A stretch of DNA of 64,000 bases. Origin: Spirochaetia bacterium (GTDB taxonomy: Bacteria > Spirochaetota > Spirochaetia > DSM-16054 > Sediminispirochaetaceae). The position numbers were made by a program, and so were the translations under genes. The notes under the pieces are model-generated. The model was not told the origin of the DNA and made no database searches. It saw only the letters and a list, made by a program, of their open reading frames with translations. Location: the NCBI GenBank assembly GCA_034520965.1, contig JAXHMY010000002.1, forward strand, positions 160,001 through 224,000. The letters are read 5' to 3'. Shown here one piece after another: positions 30,039 through 41,109 of the stretch (its first letter is position 1; the number at the start of each line of letters is the position of its first letter).

Positions 30039-31835
30039 TTAGGTATCAATATAGTCTTTCAAACGTCTGCTCCGCTTAGGATGCCGCAGTCTTCGCAATG
30101 CCTTGGCCTCAATCTGACGGATTCTTTCACGGGTTACATTAAAATAGAGCCCGACTTCTTCAAGAGTAAGGGAATATCCATCCTCGAGACCGAAGCGCAT
30201 TTTCAACACCTCCTGCTCTCGTGGTGGAAGTGTTTCCAGTACATCTTGAAGCTGTTCCTGGAGAATAGTAAATGCAGTTTGGCTGGCCGGATTCTCTACA
30301 TCTTTATCTTCAATAAAATCACCAAGTAGGGAATCTTCTTCCTCACCGATAGGCGTTTCTAAAGAGATCGGTTCACGGGCAACATTCTTCACTGATTTTA
30401 CCCGCAGTACAGACCACCCGAGCCGTTCCGCAACCTCTTCATCGGTTGGCTCACGACCTAACACCTGCATCAGCTGGCGGGATTCTCTCACCACCTTGTT
30501 TATCTGTTCGATCATATGCACGGGCACTCGGATTGTTCGCGCCTGGTCGGATATAGACCTGGTAATTGCCTGACGAATCCACCAGGTTGCATAGGTTGAA
30601 AATTTATAGCCCTTTCGGTATTCGAACTTTTCAACCGCTTTGATCAAGCCAATGTTTCCTTCCTGAACAAGGTCAAAGAAATGCAAACCCCGGTTTGTAT
30701 ACTTCTTCGCTATACTAACTACCAGTCGCAAGTTGGCCTGGATAAGTTTATCCTTAGCTGTCTTCATGAGAAACTTGCCACGGGCAATTTCTTTAGACTC
30801 TTCAAGAATGGAATCTATATCACTTTCGAATTCAAGCTCGATATTCCGTAACTGTTTCTCATCAGTTTGAATTTTGCGTATTTTTTCTTTAATCACATCC
30901 GCCGAAAGCTGCAGCCGTTCTTCAATTTCCCGTCGATTTTCGGCAATTGCCAGTCCGCGCCCCATACTTCGCAGCTCTTTGGAACTACGTATCCCAAGCC
31001 GATGCTCGATACGCTTTTGATCACGCTGATATTTATGAATCCGTTTTTCAGTATCCAAAAATTTATCGGAAAAGGAGGAAATCTCTTCCTGCTGAAGGTC
31101 GATATTTTCCATGTCCTTCAGCAATTCATCGCGAAAGTCTTTTAATTCATCATTCGCGAGTACATCCTTACCGCCGGCAATCAGCTTTTTCTTCAAATCC
31201 ATATACTGTTTGAGTTTGCTGTTAATGCCGCGCAGATCTTCCCGATAGCTCTGATTGAGCCTACGCCGCTCAGTAAGTATTTCGGAAATTTCCTTCTTAC
31301 TCAGCTCCATTTCACGCGGATCCACCCGTGAAAAAGTCTTCTGCATAATTTGGTACATCTGCGGCAGCAGCATTCCCGATTTATGTATGACGCTTTTTAT
31401 AATATTCTCGCCATCTTCCATCTGTTTAGAAAGCTCGACTTCTTGCTCAGCAGTAAGCAGATTCTCTTTACCGATCTCACGCAGATAAAGGCGAATAGGA
31501 TCATCAACCGAAGAGGAGTCTTTGTCGCTGTACACCACTTTCTTCTTAGATATAGAAGGTTTTTTCTCTTCCTCTATAGTGGACTCCTCTTCTTCGCCAT
31601 ACTCTTCCTCTAGTACCTCAACATCCTCTTCTTCGTTCTCAGAGAGTGATATTTCGGTTTCGTCCTCAAGAGTTACGTTGTTTTTCTCCAATAGAGTTAA
31701 CACCTCTTCAATTTTCTCTGAGTTTACAATTGAGTCAGGTAAAAAATCATTTACTTCATCGTAACTGATTTTTTTCTTTGTCTTAGCATATTCTAACAGT
31801 TTGACAACAGAGGGATCTGTTTCAAGTTCTGTCAT
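30039..31835 (-). CDS. rpoD: RNA polymerase primary sigma factor
   Basis: [55 protein letters not shown]. Confidence 0.98.
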   Translation of the reverse strand: MTELETDPSVVKLLEYAKTKKKISYDEVNDFLPDSIVNSEKIEEVLTLLEKNNVTLEDETEISLSENEEEDVEVLEEEYGEEEESTIEEEKKPSISKKKVVYSDKDSSSVDDPIRLYLREIGKENLLTAEQEVELSKQMEDGENIIKSVIHKSGMLLPQMYQIMQKTFSRVDPREMELSKKEISEILTERRRLNQSYREDLRGINSKLKQYMDLKKKLIAGGKDVLANDELKDFRDELLKDMENIDLQQEEISSFSDKFLDTEKRIHKYQRDQKRIEHRLGIRSSKELRSMGRGLAIAENRREIEERLQLSADVIKEKIRKIQTDEKQLRNIELEFESDIDSILEESKEIARGKFLMKTAKDKLIQANLRLVVSIAKKYTNRGLHFFDLVQEGNIGLIKAVEKFEYRKGYKFSTYATWWIRQAITRSISDQARTIRVPVHMIEQINKVVRESRQLMQVLGREPTDEEVAERLGWSVLRVKSVKNVAREPISLETPIGEEEDSLLGDFIEDKDVENPASQTAFTILQEQLQDVLETLPPREQEVLKMRFGLEDGYSLTLEEVGLYFNVTRERIRQIEAKALRRLRHPKRSRRLKDYIDT

Positions 31836-33600
31836 TGCGCATCACCCTTAATTCGTATTAATTCTTCGTCGAGAAACATCTTCTCCGACAGAAGTTCTTT
31901 CAGCTCTCCAAAACCAGAGCCTTTCTTCTCAACTTTTTTTATCTTTTCAAGCAGAGCCTGCCGTTTTGTACGCAGACTTCTTACTTTAATATTTCTAATG
32001 CCGTCCTTCACAATTGCCTCTACATTTTCTTCATATTCCCCGGTAGCTGATTTTTCAAATACCAGGTGCTGAACCCGTTCCGATTCAATCCTTGGGATAA
32101 CATGATCAATATCCAGTTCTTCACTTCTATAAGCCTCTTCCAAGGCTATATACAATTCCCGAGCATCTTCATCTTGAAGATCATCTATACCTATTACTCG
32201 ACGTACATCCCTAAAATAACTGCAATTGACTACAACGGCAAGCATGAGAAAAAGGTCAGTGCCAATCCGTTTTTTCTCTTCTTTCACGGCTTGCTGACCT
32301 TCTGAACGAGGCTGTTTTCCCTGCTTTATTGCATTGATATCGTGTAGCACCGCCTTCGGCTCAACTTGTAGAAAATCGGCGAGATACTTAATGATACCTT
32401 CTCGCTTTGACCTCCGAATCGATACTCTGTATGTACGGAGCTAAGTCATTTACCACTTGAGACTTATGTTCAGCTCCGGAAGTCCCATGCTGCTCCCCTG
32501 CTTTCTGCACTAGGAACTGGAACCCGTTTAGTGGCGATTTTAACATATTATGCAAGGAATTAGAACCCTCATTTAATAATATATCGGCAGGATCTTTCCC
32601 GCCATGAGGAACAGCTACATCACACTCCATTCCTACCTTCTCCATAATCTCTATTCCCCGTCGAGCAGCTTGCAGTCCGGCCCGATCATCGTCAAACACC
32701 AAAGTTACACGATCTGCGTACCTGCGCATAACCCTTCCCTGCTCCTCCGTAAGTGCAGTCCCCAAGGGGGCTACAGAAATCGGCAAGCCCGCCTCAAAAA
32801 AGGCCAGCACGTCAAAGTATCCTTCCACCACTACTACCCTGCGGTACTTTTGAATACCCTTTACCGCTCTGTTCAGACCGAATAAGATTCGCCGCTTCTG
32901 GTAGAGCTCGGTTTCCGGAGAATTGATGTACTTCGGTTCTCGACCGTCTATACTACGTCCTCCAAAAGCAACTACATCTCCGCCGGCCGACCGAATAGGA
33001 AAAATCAAACGATTCGAAAAAATCGACACTTGGGGATAATTTTTTGAAAACAAGCCGGAACTCGCCAAAAAATCGTCGGAATAGTTTTTTTGACGCAAAA
33101 AACCATAGAGCCAACGCCTATCTTCAGGTGCAAAGCCCAACTGAAATCTCTCAATAGCCTCAGCACCAAAACCTCTTTCAGATAAATACTCCCCGGCTTT
33201 TTTTCCCATATCATGACGGGTTAAAAAATAATGAAAACTACTTGTAATGCGGCTGTACAGATCTTTTAATGCCCGCTTACCCCGTTCCACTTCGGGATCT
33301 CTGTCACCTGTAGGTACTTCAATCCCCGCCCGTTCGGCAAGTTTTTCCGCCGCCTCGACAAAGGGAATATGTTCAACCTCCATTAAAAAGGTAAACATAG
33401 TACCACCCTTGTGGCAACCAAAACAGTAAAAGAGATTCTTGTCCGGGTCGACCGACATGGAGGGTGACTTCTTCGGAGTGAAAAGGACATAAGCCCCAAT
33501 ACCGACTTCCGCGCTTCTCCAAAGTTACAAAATCCTGCACGAGATCTACAATGTTTATCCGCTGATTTATTTCATCGATAGTTCCTTCAGGGATTTTCAT
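31832..33600 (-). CDS. dnaG: DNA primase, split into three ORFs by two apparent single-base insertions (~33470, ~32405)
   Basis: Zn-finger GLCPFH...[40 protein letters not shown]; directly upstream of rpoD. Confidence 0.93.
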
Positions 33601-33615
33601 TGTATTCTGCTACAC

Positions 33616-34650
33616 CTACTGCTTGATATAAAGACGGTATGCTCGATTATGATCATTCAAAGTTTTTGTAAACACATGCTGCCCGGCATCCGGATCTTTT
33701 AGTAGAAAATACAAACTCTCCGTATCGGCCGGATAGAAAACCGCCCTTAAGGCTACTATTCCGGGATTGGCAATTGGGGCTGGAGGCAATCCCCATTCTG
33801 TGTATGTGTTGTACTTAGACTCTATTTCCAAGTCGTTAAAGGTAATCTTTTCCGGATGCGCCTCACCTTGAATCTCTGTCATTACATATACCACGGTTGC
33901 ACATGATTGCAGCCGCATCCCCCTTTCCAGGCGGTTGTAAAAAACCGAGGCTATTTTGGCTGCTTCCTCGGGATCTCGATATTCTCTCTCCACAATCGAA
34001 GCGAGTATAATTTTACTGTGCAGTTCTTTCCACTCTAGTTGGGTATACTCTGGATAGATCTCCTGCAGCTTCTCAAACATGGTCTCCACAAGATGCGTTA
34101 CTACTTTCTCAGCGGGATAATCCTCTTGAAATAAGTAAGTATCAGGATAAAGATAGCCCTCAAGTGAGTCTGCTTCGATCTTAAACCGATTCAAAATACT
34201 CTGCGAGTCGATTGCATCCAAGAAGTCGTCCTGTACAGTTACTCCGGCTTCCTCGAAGCGGGCACCTATTTGCCTTGCAGTGAGTCCTTCAGCGAGAGTA
34301 ACTTTGACGAGCTGTTGAGTTCCGGCAACCAGCATATTGTGAATCTCCACAGTAGTCATCGTATTTGAAATGCTATAATAGCCGGATTTGATAGACGCTT
34401 GGGTCTGCCTAAGTTTGCTAAGTGCAATGAACAAGTACTTAGACCGAACATGCCCCTTTTCGGCAAGACGCTCAGCGGTTACTGAAACAGCCTCGCCGGG
34501 GCTCACATTAAAAGAGTTCTCCCGGCTTTCGGAATTCGTGGTGCTGCCCTCGACTGGGGAGTTTAGATAATAGCCAATCCCCACCAGCGCGGCCGATGCT
34601 GCCCCTGCAATTAACAAGAGCACTAGAATTACAATAAAAACCTTCCGCAT
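33616..34650 (-). CDS. mltG: Endolytic transglycosylase MltG
   Basis: LEGYLYPDTY, LASIVERE, SVFYNRL, YNTY..GLPPAPIANPG. Confidence 0.95.
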   Translation of the reverse strand: MRKVFIVILVLLLIAGAASAALVGIGYYLNSPVEGSTTNSESRENSFNVSPGEAVSVTAERLAEKGHVRSKYLFIALSKLRQTQASIKSGYYSISNTMTTVEIHNMLVAGTQQLVKVTLAEGLTARQIGARFEEAGVTVQDDFLDAIDSQSILNRFKIEADSLEGYLYPDTYLFQEDYPAEKVVTHLVETMFEKLQEIYPEYTQLEWKELHSKIILASIVEREYRDPEEAAKIASVFYNRLERGMRLQSCATVVYVMTEIQGEAHPEKITFNDLEIESKYNTYTEWGLPPAPIANPGIVALRAVFYPADTESLYFLLKDPDAGQHVFTKTLNDHNRAYRLYIKQ

Positions 34651-34651
34651 A

Positions 34652-37600
34652 TCAGTCTTTTTCTAAGATAAATTCTACGCGACGATTTTTCCAGCGGTTA
34701 TCTTCATCCTGAAAGTCGACTATTGGCTTACTTCCGCCGACCCCTTCGGCGGACAGACGGCTCCGAGAAATTCCCCTCTCCGCAAGTGCCTCCAATACTC
34801 GCTTTGCCCTTTCTTCCGACAGAGGAATAAGCTCGTTAATCTGCTCCTGTCTTGCCAACTCAGGATCCCAGAATTTAGTAATATTGGCGTGCCCTTCTAT
34901 CGTGATTTCATATTGGCGGTATTTCTTTAAAATTTCAGCCAACCTATCGAGCACATATTGATTCCGCGAGGCTATCTCCGGCTTGTCATCTACAAATTCC
35001 GCAGAATTAGGTTTAAAGTTGATGCTGGCGATTTTGATCTTCAGCACGTCGCCTTCACGCACTACCAGTACATCTACCGGTATCTTTCCATTTTCGACTG
35101 TCCGGTTTCCAAGTGAATCGGTAACTTCAAAGCGGTATGGATAGTCCATGGCCGCATACACCAGTTCACCATCGTCAGAGCGTCCATCCCAGATAATCTC
35201 TTCAGCCGGCTCACCCCTGCCGGAGTATTGCTTAAAGACCGGGCCGTCTTGGGAAGTTACTCCTGCCCGTTCGGCATCGTAGATAGTAAATTTCCAGTCC
35301 TGGACGGCATTTTGGTCAGAGACCTTCAGCATGATGCTCAATTCATCTTCGATGCCGTCATTGTCCGGTGAGAAGGGAGTCGGTTCCAGGTTCACATCTG
35401 CCTGCGGCGCAGTTACATCAAGCACAAACGGCAGTGACTCTACTGAAGGTCGGTTGCCTTTGGTATAACGGGCACTAAAGCGTGCCTTATAACGGCCTTC
35501 TACATAATCACCTTCTTCATTTTTTCCATCCCACACTATCTGCTTCGGAATGCGCTCTTCACCGGCAAACTCTTTCTGTACAATTCCGCGGTTGTCTACT
35601 AGCTCCAAAGACCATTCTTCCAGTCCTTCACGTCGATTGACAATAGTGGAAAAGCTGATTTCCTCGTAAAGGCCGTTTCCGGTTGGGGCCAGTTTGTCCG
35701 AACCGGCGGTTACAAACAGCTGGGTCGGCGCCGTATCGATTTCGATATTCTCTACGCGCTCTTCTGCAGTATTGCCGGCTCGGTCGGTAGAAAAGATTCT
35801 GTAGGAGTAAAATCCGTCGTCGACACTATTGCCGGCTTTATCGGTTCCGTCCCAGACGTAATCCTCAACCTTACCCTTCCAGCTTGCACTGCTTACTACA
35901 TCCCCTTCGCTCGAGAGAACCTCCGCATCCCACAACTGTTCACTGGAAGAGTTTTGGGCAAAGATTATCGTGTCCCGGTTCCCATCGCCCTCGGGTGAGA
36001 AAATGAAATATTCCGGCTCGACAGTAATTGAGGGGAAGACTGTATCGACTGTAAAAAACTGGGTTTCCGCGGTCGGATTGTTTCCATTGGCATACAGAAC
36101 ATCAATTCGTGCCCGATAGCGACCATCCTTTACGCGATCGCCCTCGGAGGAAAAACCGTCCCAAAGCAGACTGTCGGGCAAGGTACCGGTTCCACTTCGG
36201 GAAAAAACAACCTCAGTATTCTCAGTCATTACCTCAAGTATATACTTTTCTACACCTTCTTCTATTTTGAGTTTTGGAAAAAACTTAATTGTGTCTTTAC
36301 TACCGTCTCCATTGGGTGAGAAATAATCATAATTTGCGGTAAACAGTACCGGAGTTTCCTCGGTATTCAGTTCGAACCGTATTTTCCTGGATTCACCGCG
36401 ATTACCGGCACGGTCGACGGTTGTAAGCTGATAGAAGTAATAACCATCTTCCGCCAAACTACCGTCCTCTTTACGCCCGTCCCAGCTAATAGTTTGTTCA
36501 GGCTGCTCTATCCATTTGTACTGATACACTGGGTTTCCATCTATATCTGTAATTGTTCCGTACCAATTTTCCTCTTTAGAGGCTTCTTGGTGAATTTTTA
36601 TAGTATCCTTATTTCCATCCCCGTTGGGAGAGAATACTCTGTTATCAATTTCGATTCTGGCTTCGGGTGCCGTTATATCCACAATAAAAGGAGCAGAGCG
36701 TGTTGTCGGTCGGTTGCCGTTTATATACAAAACCTGCAGGTCCGCAAAATACTCTCTGTTTTCCGGTAGAATATCTCCATTATCGTCTTTCCCGTCAAAG
36801 GGAATTACACCGCTCAGACCGCTAGTACCGGAAAAACTGCGATACTCTCGTCCGCTTTCATCAACTATTTTTATAGTCCAACTCTCTATCCCCCGCTGTA
36901 CCGGGATATTCGGCTGCAGGAGCACAACATCAAGAATCCCGTCCCCGTTGGGGGAAAAATGGGAGTGATCGATGGAAAGTGAAATCGGGGTCTCTTCGGT
37001 ATTCTTTACAAGATTTCCGTATTCGGCTTCACCATTGTTTCCGGCCTTATCGGTAGATGTAATGGAATATTCATACACTCCGTCCGGAACCAAAATATCT
37101 TCGTTATTTGTACCGTCCCATTCAAAGGACTCGGGAGGACTATCTTTCCAGGTTTTAGTCTTTACCACATTCCCGCTGCTGTCTTTGATCCGGCCTCTCC
37201 AAAGATCCTCCCTGCTGCCATTTTGAGTAATCGGCAGCACATCTTTCTGTCCGTCATCATTAGGTGAAAAGATTCTGTCTGCTTGGTCTTCCTTTTCAAT
37301 ACGAACTATCGGCGGCTGTGTATCGACGTACACAGAGTATCTGTCTGAAGTGCCGTAATTACCGTTGTCATCCCAAGCCCTGATATAAAAATAGTAGAGT
37401 CCATCCGGAGCTGTTTCACCGGAATCAGTAGTTCCGTCCCAACGCAGGGTCTTCGGAATCTGAATTGCACTTTTTGATTTAAACAGGTTTTGAAAAAAGG
37501 TTTTTACCGTCCGCTTTTCCGGACGGGTTTCTTTATTTTCTAACGTCCTTACAGCCTCACCTTGACTGTTCTCCACAACAAACTCATAACCCTTTATATA

Positions 37601-39034
37601 CCGGCTTTCATCGATTGAAAGGGGAAAGGAGAGGCTATCCTGTATGCCGTCGTTGTTGGGTGAAAGATAGATTTTTGCATCGGGTATTACATTCTTAATT
37701 AGTTCTTCCGTGAGCTCTGCCTCTGAAGCAGAATCGCCCCCATTTCCATTGTCTTTTTCCGGTACATCTTTCTCATTTTCAGGGTTATCCGCAATATACA
37801 CGACACTCTTGCCGCTGGCGGAATGCTTACTTCCTTTGCCTGCAAGTGCTCTTATAACAGTTTTTTCAGAAAGTGATGAGACCTTTTCCGAGCTTATTTC
37901 AGAGTTCTCTCCTGCGGTGCTCTCGGACGATTCATCTTCTACATCATTTACTTCGCCTTCATCAGCGTCTTGTCCCGCTTGGGGAGTTTCTTCGGGCTCT
38001 TCGGAGTACTGGGTTGTAACTCCGCTGAGGTCTATTTGTATCTCCGGAGGTTCCGTATCGATCAATCCAATCGGAACTGTCAGTCCTACACCGAATGCCC
38101 ACAGTTCAGAACTGATGGGAGCCGCGCTTGCATAAGGCTGCAGTTCATTTTGTGTAAACCGTTCCGCTGCTGATAGATCCTCTGTGGTTTTTTCTGCATT
38201 GCTGCTTCCGGGAGAAAAGGTGTATCCAAGAGTAACAGAGGGTATAAGTTCTCCTATCTCACCATCAAGCAATGCGTCTGCATTCACTCTGGTACCTAGG
38301 GACGCCTCGAAACCATATCCAATTTGAAATTTCATTCCCGTAGACCAGATAACATTAGAGAACTCAGGCACTTTTATCTCGCTCATCAAACGCCCTTCAA
38401 CCTTGTCAGTATTTAGAAAGCGTCCATTAACTCCGCTTGTAACTGAGTAGAGCGGTTCCCTTAGCCCTTCAATTCCTGAATAGCCGAAATTATTAAGAAC
38501 AACCGACCATCTCACATCTTCCAAAAACCATAGTGCGGGGCGTACACGTATTAGCCCCAGATCGGCATCGATTCCAAACTCCGGTCCCTCTGCCATTGAG
38601 GTTCCTATACCTATTCCCACTAAAGTATCCGGATAAATGTCCTTGGCAAAGGATCCGTGCAGGGAAAGCCTGGTTCCGGTATCGAGACTGTCAAAAGTTG
38701 AGCGAAGCACACTGGAATTCCAGGTAAACACTCCCACTTTACTTGGAATAGTATGTCCAAAATTAAGCACATGGCCGTTCCACCCCGATGAGGTGTCATC
38801 CTCTCCTACAATCGCTACGTAATTTCCATCAAAGGTCATGCGTTGGGCAAGTGCCGCAGAAGCCGGGTTCTGAATGCTGCTTTGGGGAGGATATAACAAT
38901 GTGCTTGCAGCAGCAGTGCCGAACAGACGCGGAGAATAAAACTCTTGGAGCTTTGGTGCGATATCAGCAGTGTATGCTGCAAATGAAACCGAATAAAAAA
39001 GAATAAGTATAAATGCATATATTTTTCTTGTCAT
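34652..39034 (-). CDS. Large exported protein: N-terminal beta-rich domain, acidic linker, 8 FlgD/CHU_C-like Ig repeats, C-terminal OmpA domain
   Basis: Signal peptide; eight (F/L)SPxxDG-like repeats with WDG..G...PDG.Y motifs; IEGHAN...LSEERA...NRRVEF OmpA motif. Confidence 0.85.
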   Translation of the reverse strand: MTRKIYAFILILFYSVSFAAYTADIAPKLQEFYSPRLFGTAAASTLLYPPQSSIQNPASAALAQRMTFDGNYVAIVGEDDTSSGWNGHVLNFGHTIPSKVGVFTWNSSVLRSTFDSLDTGTRLSLHGSFAKDIYPDTLVGIGIGTSMAEGPEFGIDADLGLIRVRPALWFLEDVRWSVVLNNFGYSGIEGLREPLYSVTSGVNGRFLNTDKVEGRLMSEIKVPEFSNVIWSTGMKFQIGYGFEASLGTRVNADALLDGEIGELIPSVTLGYTFSPGSSNAEKTTEDLSAAERFTQNELQPYASAAPISSELWAFGVGLTVPIGLIDTEPPEIQIDLSGVTTQYSEEPEETPQAGQDADEGEVNDVEDESSESTAGENSEISSEKVSSLSEKTVIRALAGKGSKHSASGKSVVYIADNPENEKDVPEKDNGNGGDSASEAELTEELIKNVIPDAKIYLSPNNDGIQDSLSFPLSIDESRYIKGYEFVVENSQGEAVRTLENKETRPEKRTVKTFFQNLFKSKSAIQIPKTLRWDGTTDSGETAPDGLYYFYIRAWDDNGNYGTSDRYSVYVDTQPPIVRIEKEDQADRIFSPNDDGQKDVLPITQNGSREDLWRGRIKDSSGNVVKTKTWKDSPPESFEWDGTNNEDILVPDGVYEYSITSTDKAGNNGEAEYGNLVKNTEETPISLSIDHSHFSPNGDGILDVVLLQPNIPVQRGIESWTIKIVDESGREYRSFSGTSGLSGVIPFDGKDDNGDILPENREYFADLQVLYINGNRPTTRSAPFIVDITAPEARIEIDNRVFSPNGDGNKDTIKIHQEASKEENWYGTITDIDGNPVYQYKWIEQPEQTISWDGRKEDGSLAEDGYYFYQLTTVDRAGNRGESRKIRFELNTEETPVLFTANYDYFSPNGDGSKDTIKFFPKLKIEEGVEKYILEVMTENTEVVFSRSGTGTLPDSLLWDGFSSEGDRVKDGRYRARIDVLYANGNNPTAETQFFTVDTVFPSITVEPEYFIFSPEGDGNRDTIIFAQNSSSEQLWDAEVLSSEGDVVSSASWKGKVEDYVWDGTDKAGNSVDDGFYSYRIFSTDRAGNTAEERVENIEIDTAPTQLFVTAGSDKLAPTGNGLYEEISFSTIVNRREGLEEWSLELVDNRGIVQKEFAGEERIPKQIVWDGKNEEGDYVEGRYKARFSARYTKGNRPSVESLPFVLDVTAPQADVNLEPTPFSPDNDGIEDELSIMLKVSDQNAVQDWKFTIYDAERAGVTSQDGPVFKQYSGRGEPAEEIIWDGRSDDGELVYAAMDYPYRFEVTDSLGNRTVENGKIPVDVLVVREGDVLKIKIASINFKPNSAEFVDDKPEIASRNQYVLDRLAEILKKYRQYEITIEGHANITKFWDPELARQEQINELIPLSEERAKRVLEALAERGISRSRLSAEGVGGSKPIVDFQDEDNRWKNRRVEFILEKD

Positions 39035-39037
39035 AGT

Positions 39038-39241
39038 TTAAATGTAGCCTCTCTCTTGTAAAACATCAATGTTATTTTTATAAAGTTCCTCTAACGACTC
39101 AATCTCTTCTATGGAAAGGTAGGAGAAAAGAGTGCGCTGGAGTTCGTTGTAGAGTTGTAGTAAGGGTTCGTCGAGTTCATCTTCCCTACGGCTTAAAAAT
39201 AAATATAATCCTATTAGTTGTCTACCTTTAATTTCAATCAT
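39038..39241 (-). CDS. Small hypothetical protein
   Basis: 67-aa ORF overlapping the stop of the upstream gene within an operon. Confidence 0.6.
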   Translation of the reverse strand: MIEIKGRQLIGLYLFLSRREDELDEPLLQLYNELQRTLFSYLSIEEIESLEELYKNNIDVLQERGYI

Positions 39242-40182
39242 AGACTTAGTTCTAAGCCCTCTTGGGCGAGAAGGATCTTCACATTGTTTTTGCCGACATG
39301 ACTTTTATACCAACCGGCGGATTTAGCTATAGAAAACATCTTATTATCATTGTATAAGGGGTCATGATGAAAGAGAACTAGGGTGTTTATATTCCACTCG
39401 GTAGCAAAATCTACCGCCAAACTGTAAGAGGAGTGTCCCCAATCGTACTTTTCGATCGCCTCATCCAAGGTATACTGGCTGTCAATGGTAAGAATATCCA
39501 CACCGCCAAAAAAGCTGCGGTTTTCTTCAGTTCTTGCAAAGTCACCGTCTCTGAGCTCGGTATCGGTAGCAAAAATAAAAGCCCCTTCGGTATCTTCCAC
39601 CCGATAGGAAAATGATTTTCCGGGGTGCTGCATCTGTCGCCATCTGACTGTTGCCGAACCTATGGCTACAGTAGGTTCCGTCAAATGATGGAACTGTATA
39701 TCCGCCTGCATTGTATCAAGGCTAATCGGAAAGTACGGCAGTTTCATCTGATCCCGCAGTATCTGTTCTACATTTTCAATTGGGCTGTAGATATGGATGG
39801 TACACCGCTTGTCAAAAGCCGGCGGGGTAAAAAATGGAAAGCCCTGTATATGATCCCAGTGAAAATGGGTAAAAAAAAGATGAAACACCCTTGGGGTGGG
39901 TTGTTCTTTGGCTACCGAGTTTCCAAACCGAAATATACCGGTTCCCGCATCAAAAATTATTATACCACCGTCCTTTAAGCGGACCTCTACCGAAGTGGTG
40001 TTCCCACCGGTAGTTCCAAACAGATTCGGGGGCAGATGTGCCAGAAACCGTTCTTTTGCCTCCGGCGAGACAAGATCCTGTGGAGTAACTCTTTCAATAA
40101 CAGAGGATATCTTTCTTCTAATTTCATTGGGGGTAAGCGGCGTCGGTATCGAACCGCGCACCCCCCAGAACCGTATTTTCAT
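39238..40182 (-). CDS. MBL-fold metallo-hydrolase
   Basis: FWGVRGSIP, GGNTTSV, DAGTG, THFHWDHIQG, WGHS, LFHHDP. Confidence 0.9.
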   Translation of the reverse strand: MKIRFWGVRGSIPTPLTPNEIRRKISSVIERVTPQDLVSPEAKERFLAHLPPNLFGTTGGNTTSVEVRLKDGGIIIFDAGTGIFRFGNSVAKEQPTPRVFHLFFTHFHWDHIQGFPFFTPPAFDKRCTIHIYSPIENVEQILRDQMKLPYFPISLDTMQADIQFHHLTEPTVAIGSATVRWRQMQHPGKSFSYRVEDTEGAFIFATDTELRDGDFARTEENRSFFGGVDILTIDSQYTLDEAIEKYDWGHSSYSLAVDFATEWNINTLVLFHHDPLYNDNKMFSIAKSAGWYKSHVGKNNVKILLAQEGLELSL

Positions 40183-40655
40183 ACATGCTCTCCCTGCAGC
40201 TGCCGCAGCTCTTCCGGATTCAACAGCACAATTGGTTCTTCTTCACGTTTCCTGAGCCACTCTTGAATCTCTTCAAAAGAGTGAAGCCTCCCCCGATTGA
40301 CTCCTTTACAAGACGTATACAGGGAGTTCCAGCTTTCCAGGCTGTGCAAAATATCAGGCCAAAAAGGATAACTTCGGCACTGCAGCGGTCGATGTTCATA
40401 TACACTGCAGCCGCTCTCGGTCCAAAAAATGCAATCGTAGTTTTCTTTTTCTATCAAACTCAGACGGTATGCACCGTTTATGTATACCCCACGGCAAAAG
40501 CGCTGTACAAACTCTGTGCGACTGAGACCGGTGGCCTGCTGCAACTTGTCAAGATCGTTGTATGAAAGAAACACAAAGCCCGGCTCGTAACGACAGCAGT
40601 TTGAACATCGCTGACACTCGAAGTGTAGTCCATCACGATAAAAAACATCTCTCAT
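40179..40655 (-). CDS. YkgJ-family (CxxCxxCC) cysteine cluster protein
   Basis: FECQRCSNCC, CIF...GCSVYEHRPLQCRSYPFW. Confidence 0.9.
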   Translation of the reverse strand: MRDVFYRDGLHFECQRCSNCCRYEPGFVFLSYNDLDKLQQATGLSRTEFVQRFCRGVYINGAYRLSLIEKENYDCIFWTESGCSVYEHRPLQCRSYPFWPDILHSLESWNSLYTSCKGVNRGRLHSFEEIQEWLRKREEEPIVLLNPEELRQLQGEHV

Positions 40656-40708
40656 CCCGACTCCCTGTAAAGAGATTTGGTTCTTTCAATATACCTCAAA
40701 ACAGCGGC

Positions 40709-40741
40709 AAAAAAAGGTCTTCCTGATTTCAGGAAGACCTT
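40709..40741 (-). terminator. Rho-independent terminator after tRNA-Tyr
   Basis: AAGGTCTTCCTGA/TCAGGAAGACCTT stem followed by a T-run on the minus strand. Confidence 0.8.
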
Positions 40742-40754
40742 CATGCAATTTTAT

Positions 40755-40836
40755 TGGGGAGAGAAGGATTTGAACCTTCGAAGGCGAAGCCAACAGATTT
40801 ACAGTCTGCCCCCTTTGACCACTCGGGAACCTCCCC
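40755..40836 (-). tRNA. tRNA-Tyr (GTA)
   Basis: GGGGAGGTTCCCGAGTGGTCAAAGGGGGCAGACT-GTA-AATCTG...GGTTCAAATCC...CTCCCCA; long variable arm; CCA not encoded. Confidence 0.97.
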
Positions 40837-40850
40837 ATTGCTCGGTGATG

Positions 40851-40879
40851 AACTTACTAAATTGTTCATTTTTTGTCAA
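40851..40879 (-). promoter_or_regulatory. Putative sigma-70 promoter for tRNA-Tyr
   Basis: Minus strand TTGACA-17 bp-TAAGTT. Confidence 0.55.
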
Positions 40880-40932
40880 GCCGGTTAATATAGCTTGTTA
40901 TAATTTTACCACGGCTTCACTTTCACCGTAAC

Positions 40933-41006
40933 AGCCGCCTTTCGGATTCGAACCGAAGACCCCGAGATTACAAGTCACGTGCTCTGGCCAGCTGAGCTAA
41001 GGCGGC
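40933..41006 (-). tRNA. tRNA-Thr (TGT)
   Basis: GCCGCCTTAGCTCAGCTGGCCAGAGCACGTGACT-TGT-AATCTCG...GGTTCGAATCCGAAAGGCGGCT. Confidence 0.96.
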
Positions 41007-41027
41007 AATTTATAATTAACAGGCACA

Positions 41028-41056
41028 TTTATAGCAGTTTTCCCTTTTTATGACAA
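41028..41056 (-). promoter_or_regulatory. Putative sigma-70 promoter for tRNA-Thr
   Basis: Minus strand TTGTCA-17 bp-TATAAA. Confidence 0.6.
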
Positions 41057-41058
41057 GA

Positions 41059-41109
41059 CGGCAATTCCAAATGTAGAAGTCTTTCAGACTTCTACATTTG
41101 GAATTGCTG
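41059..41109. mobile_element. Palindromic MITE-like element, copy B (51 bp, single hairpin)
   Basis: GCAATTCCAAATGTAGAAGTCT-TTC-AGACTTCTACATTTGGAATTGC (22-bp perfect arms) flanked by exact 9-bp direct repeat ATGACAAGA (41050-41058, 41110-41118). Confidence 0.75.

Noticed and set aside
31832..33600. dnaG as a true pseudogene or three separate genes
   Set aside because: Essential gene with intact motifs; single-base indels like others in the window
40677..40931. 84-aa ORF (+)
   Set aside because: Antisense to tRNA-Tyr and its terminator
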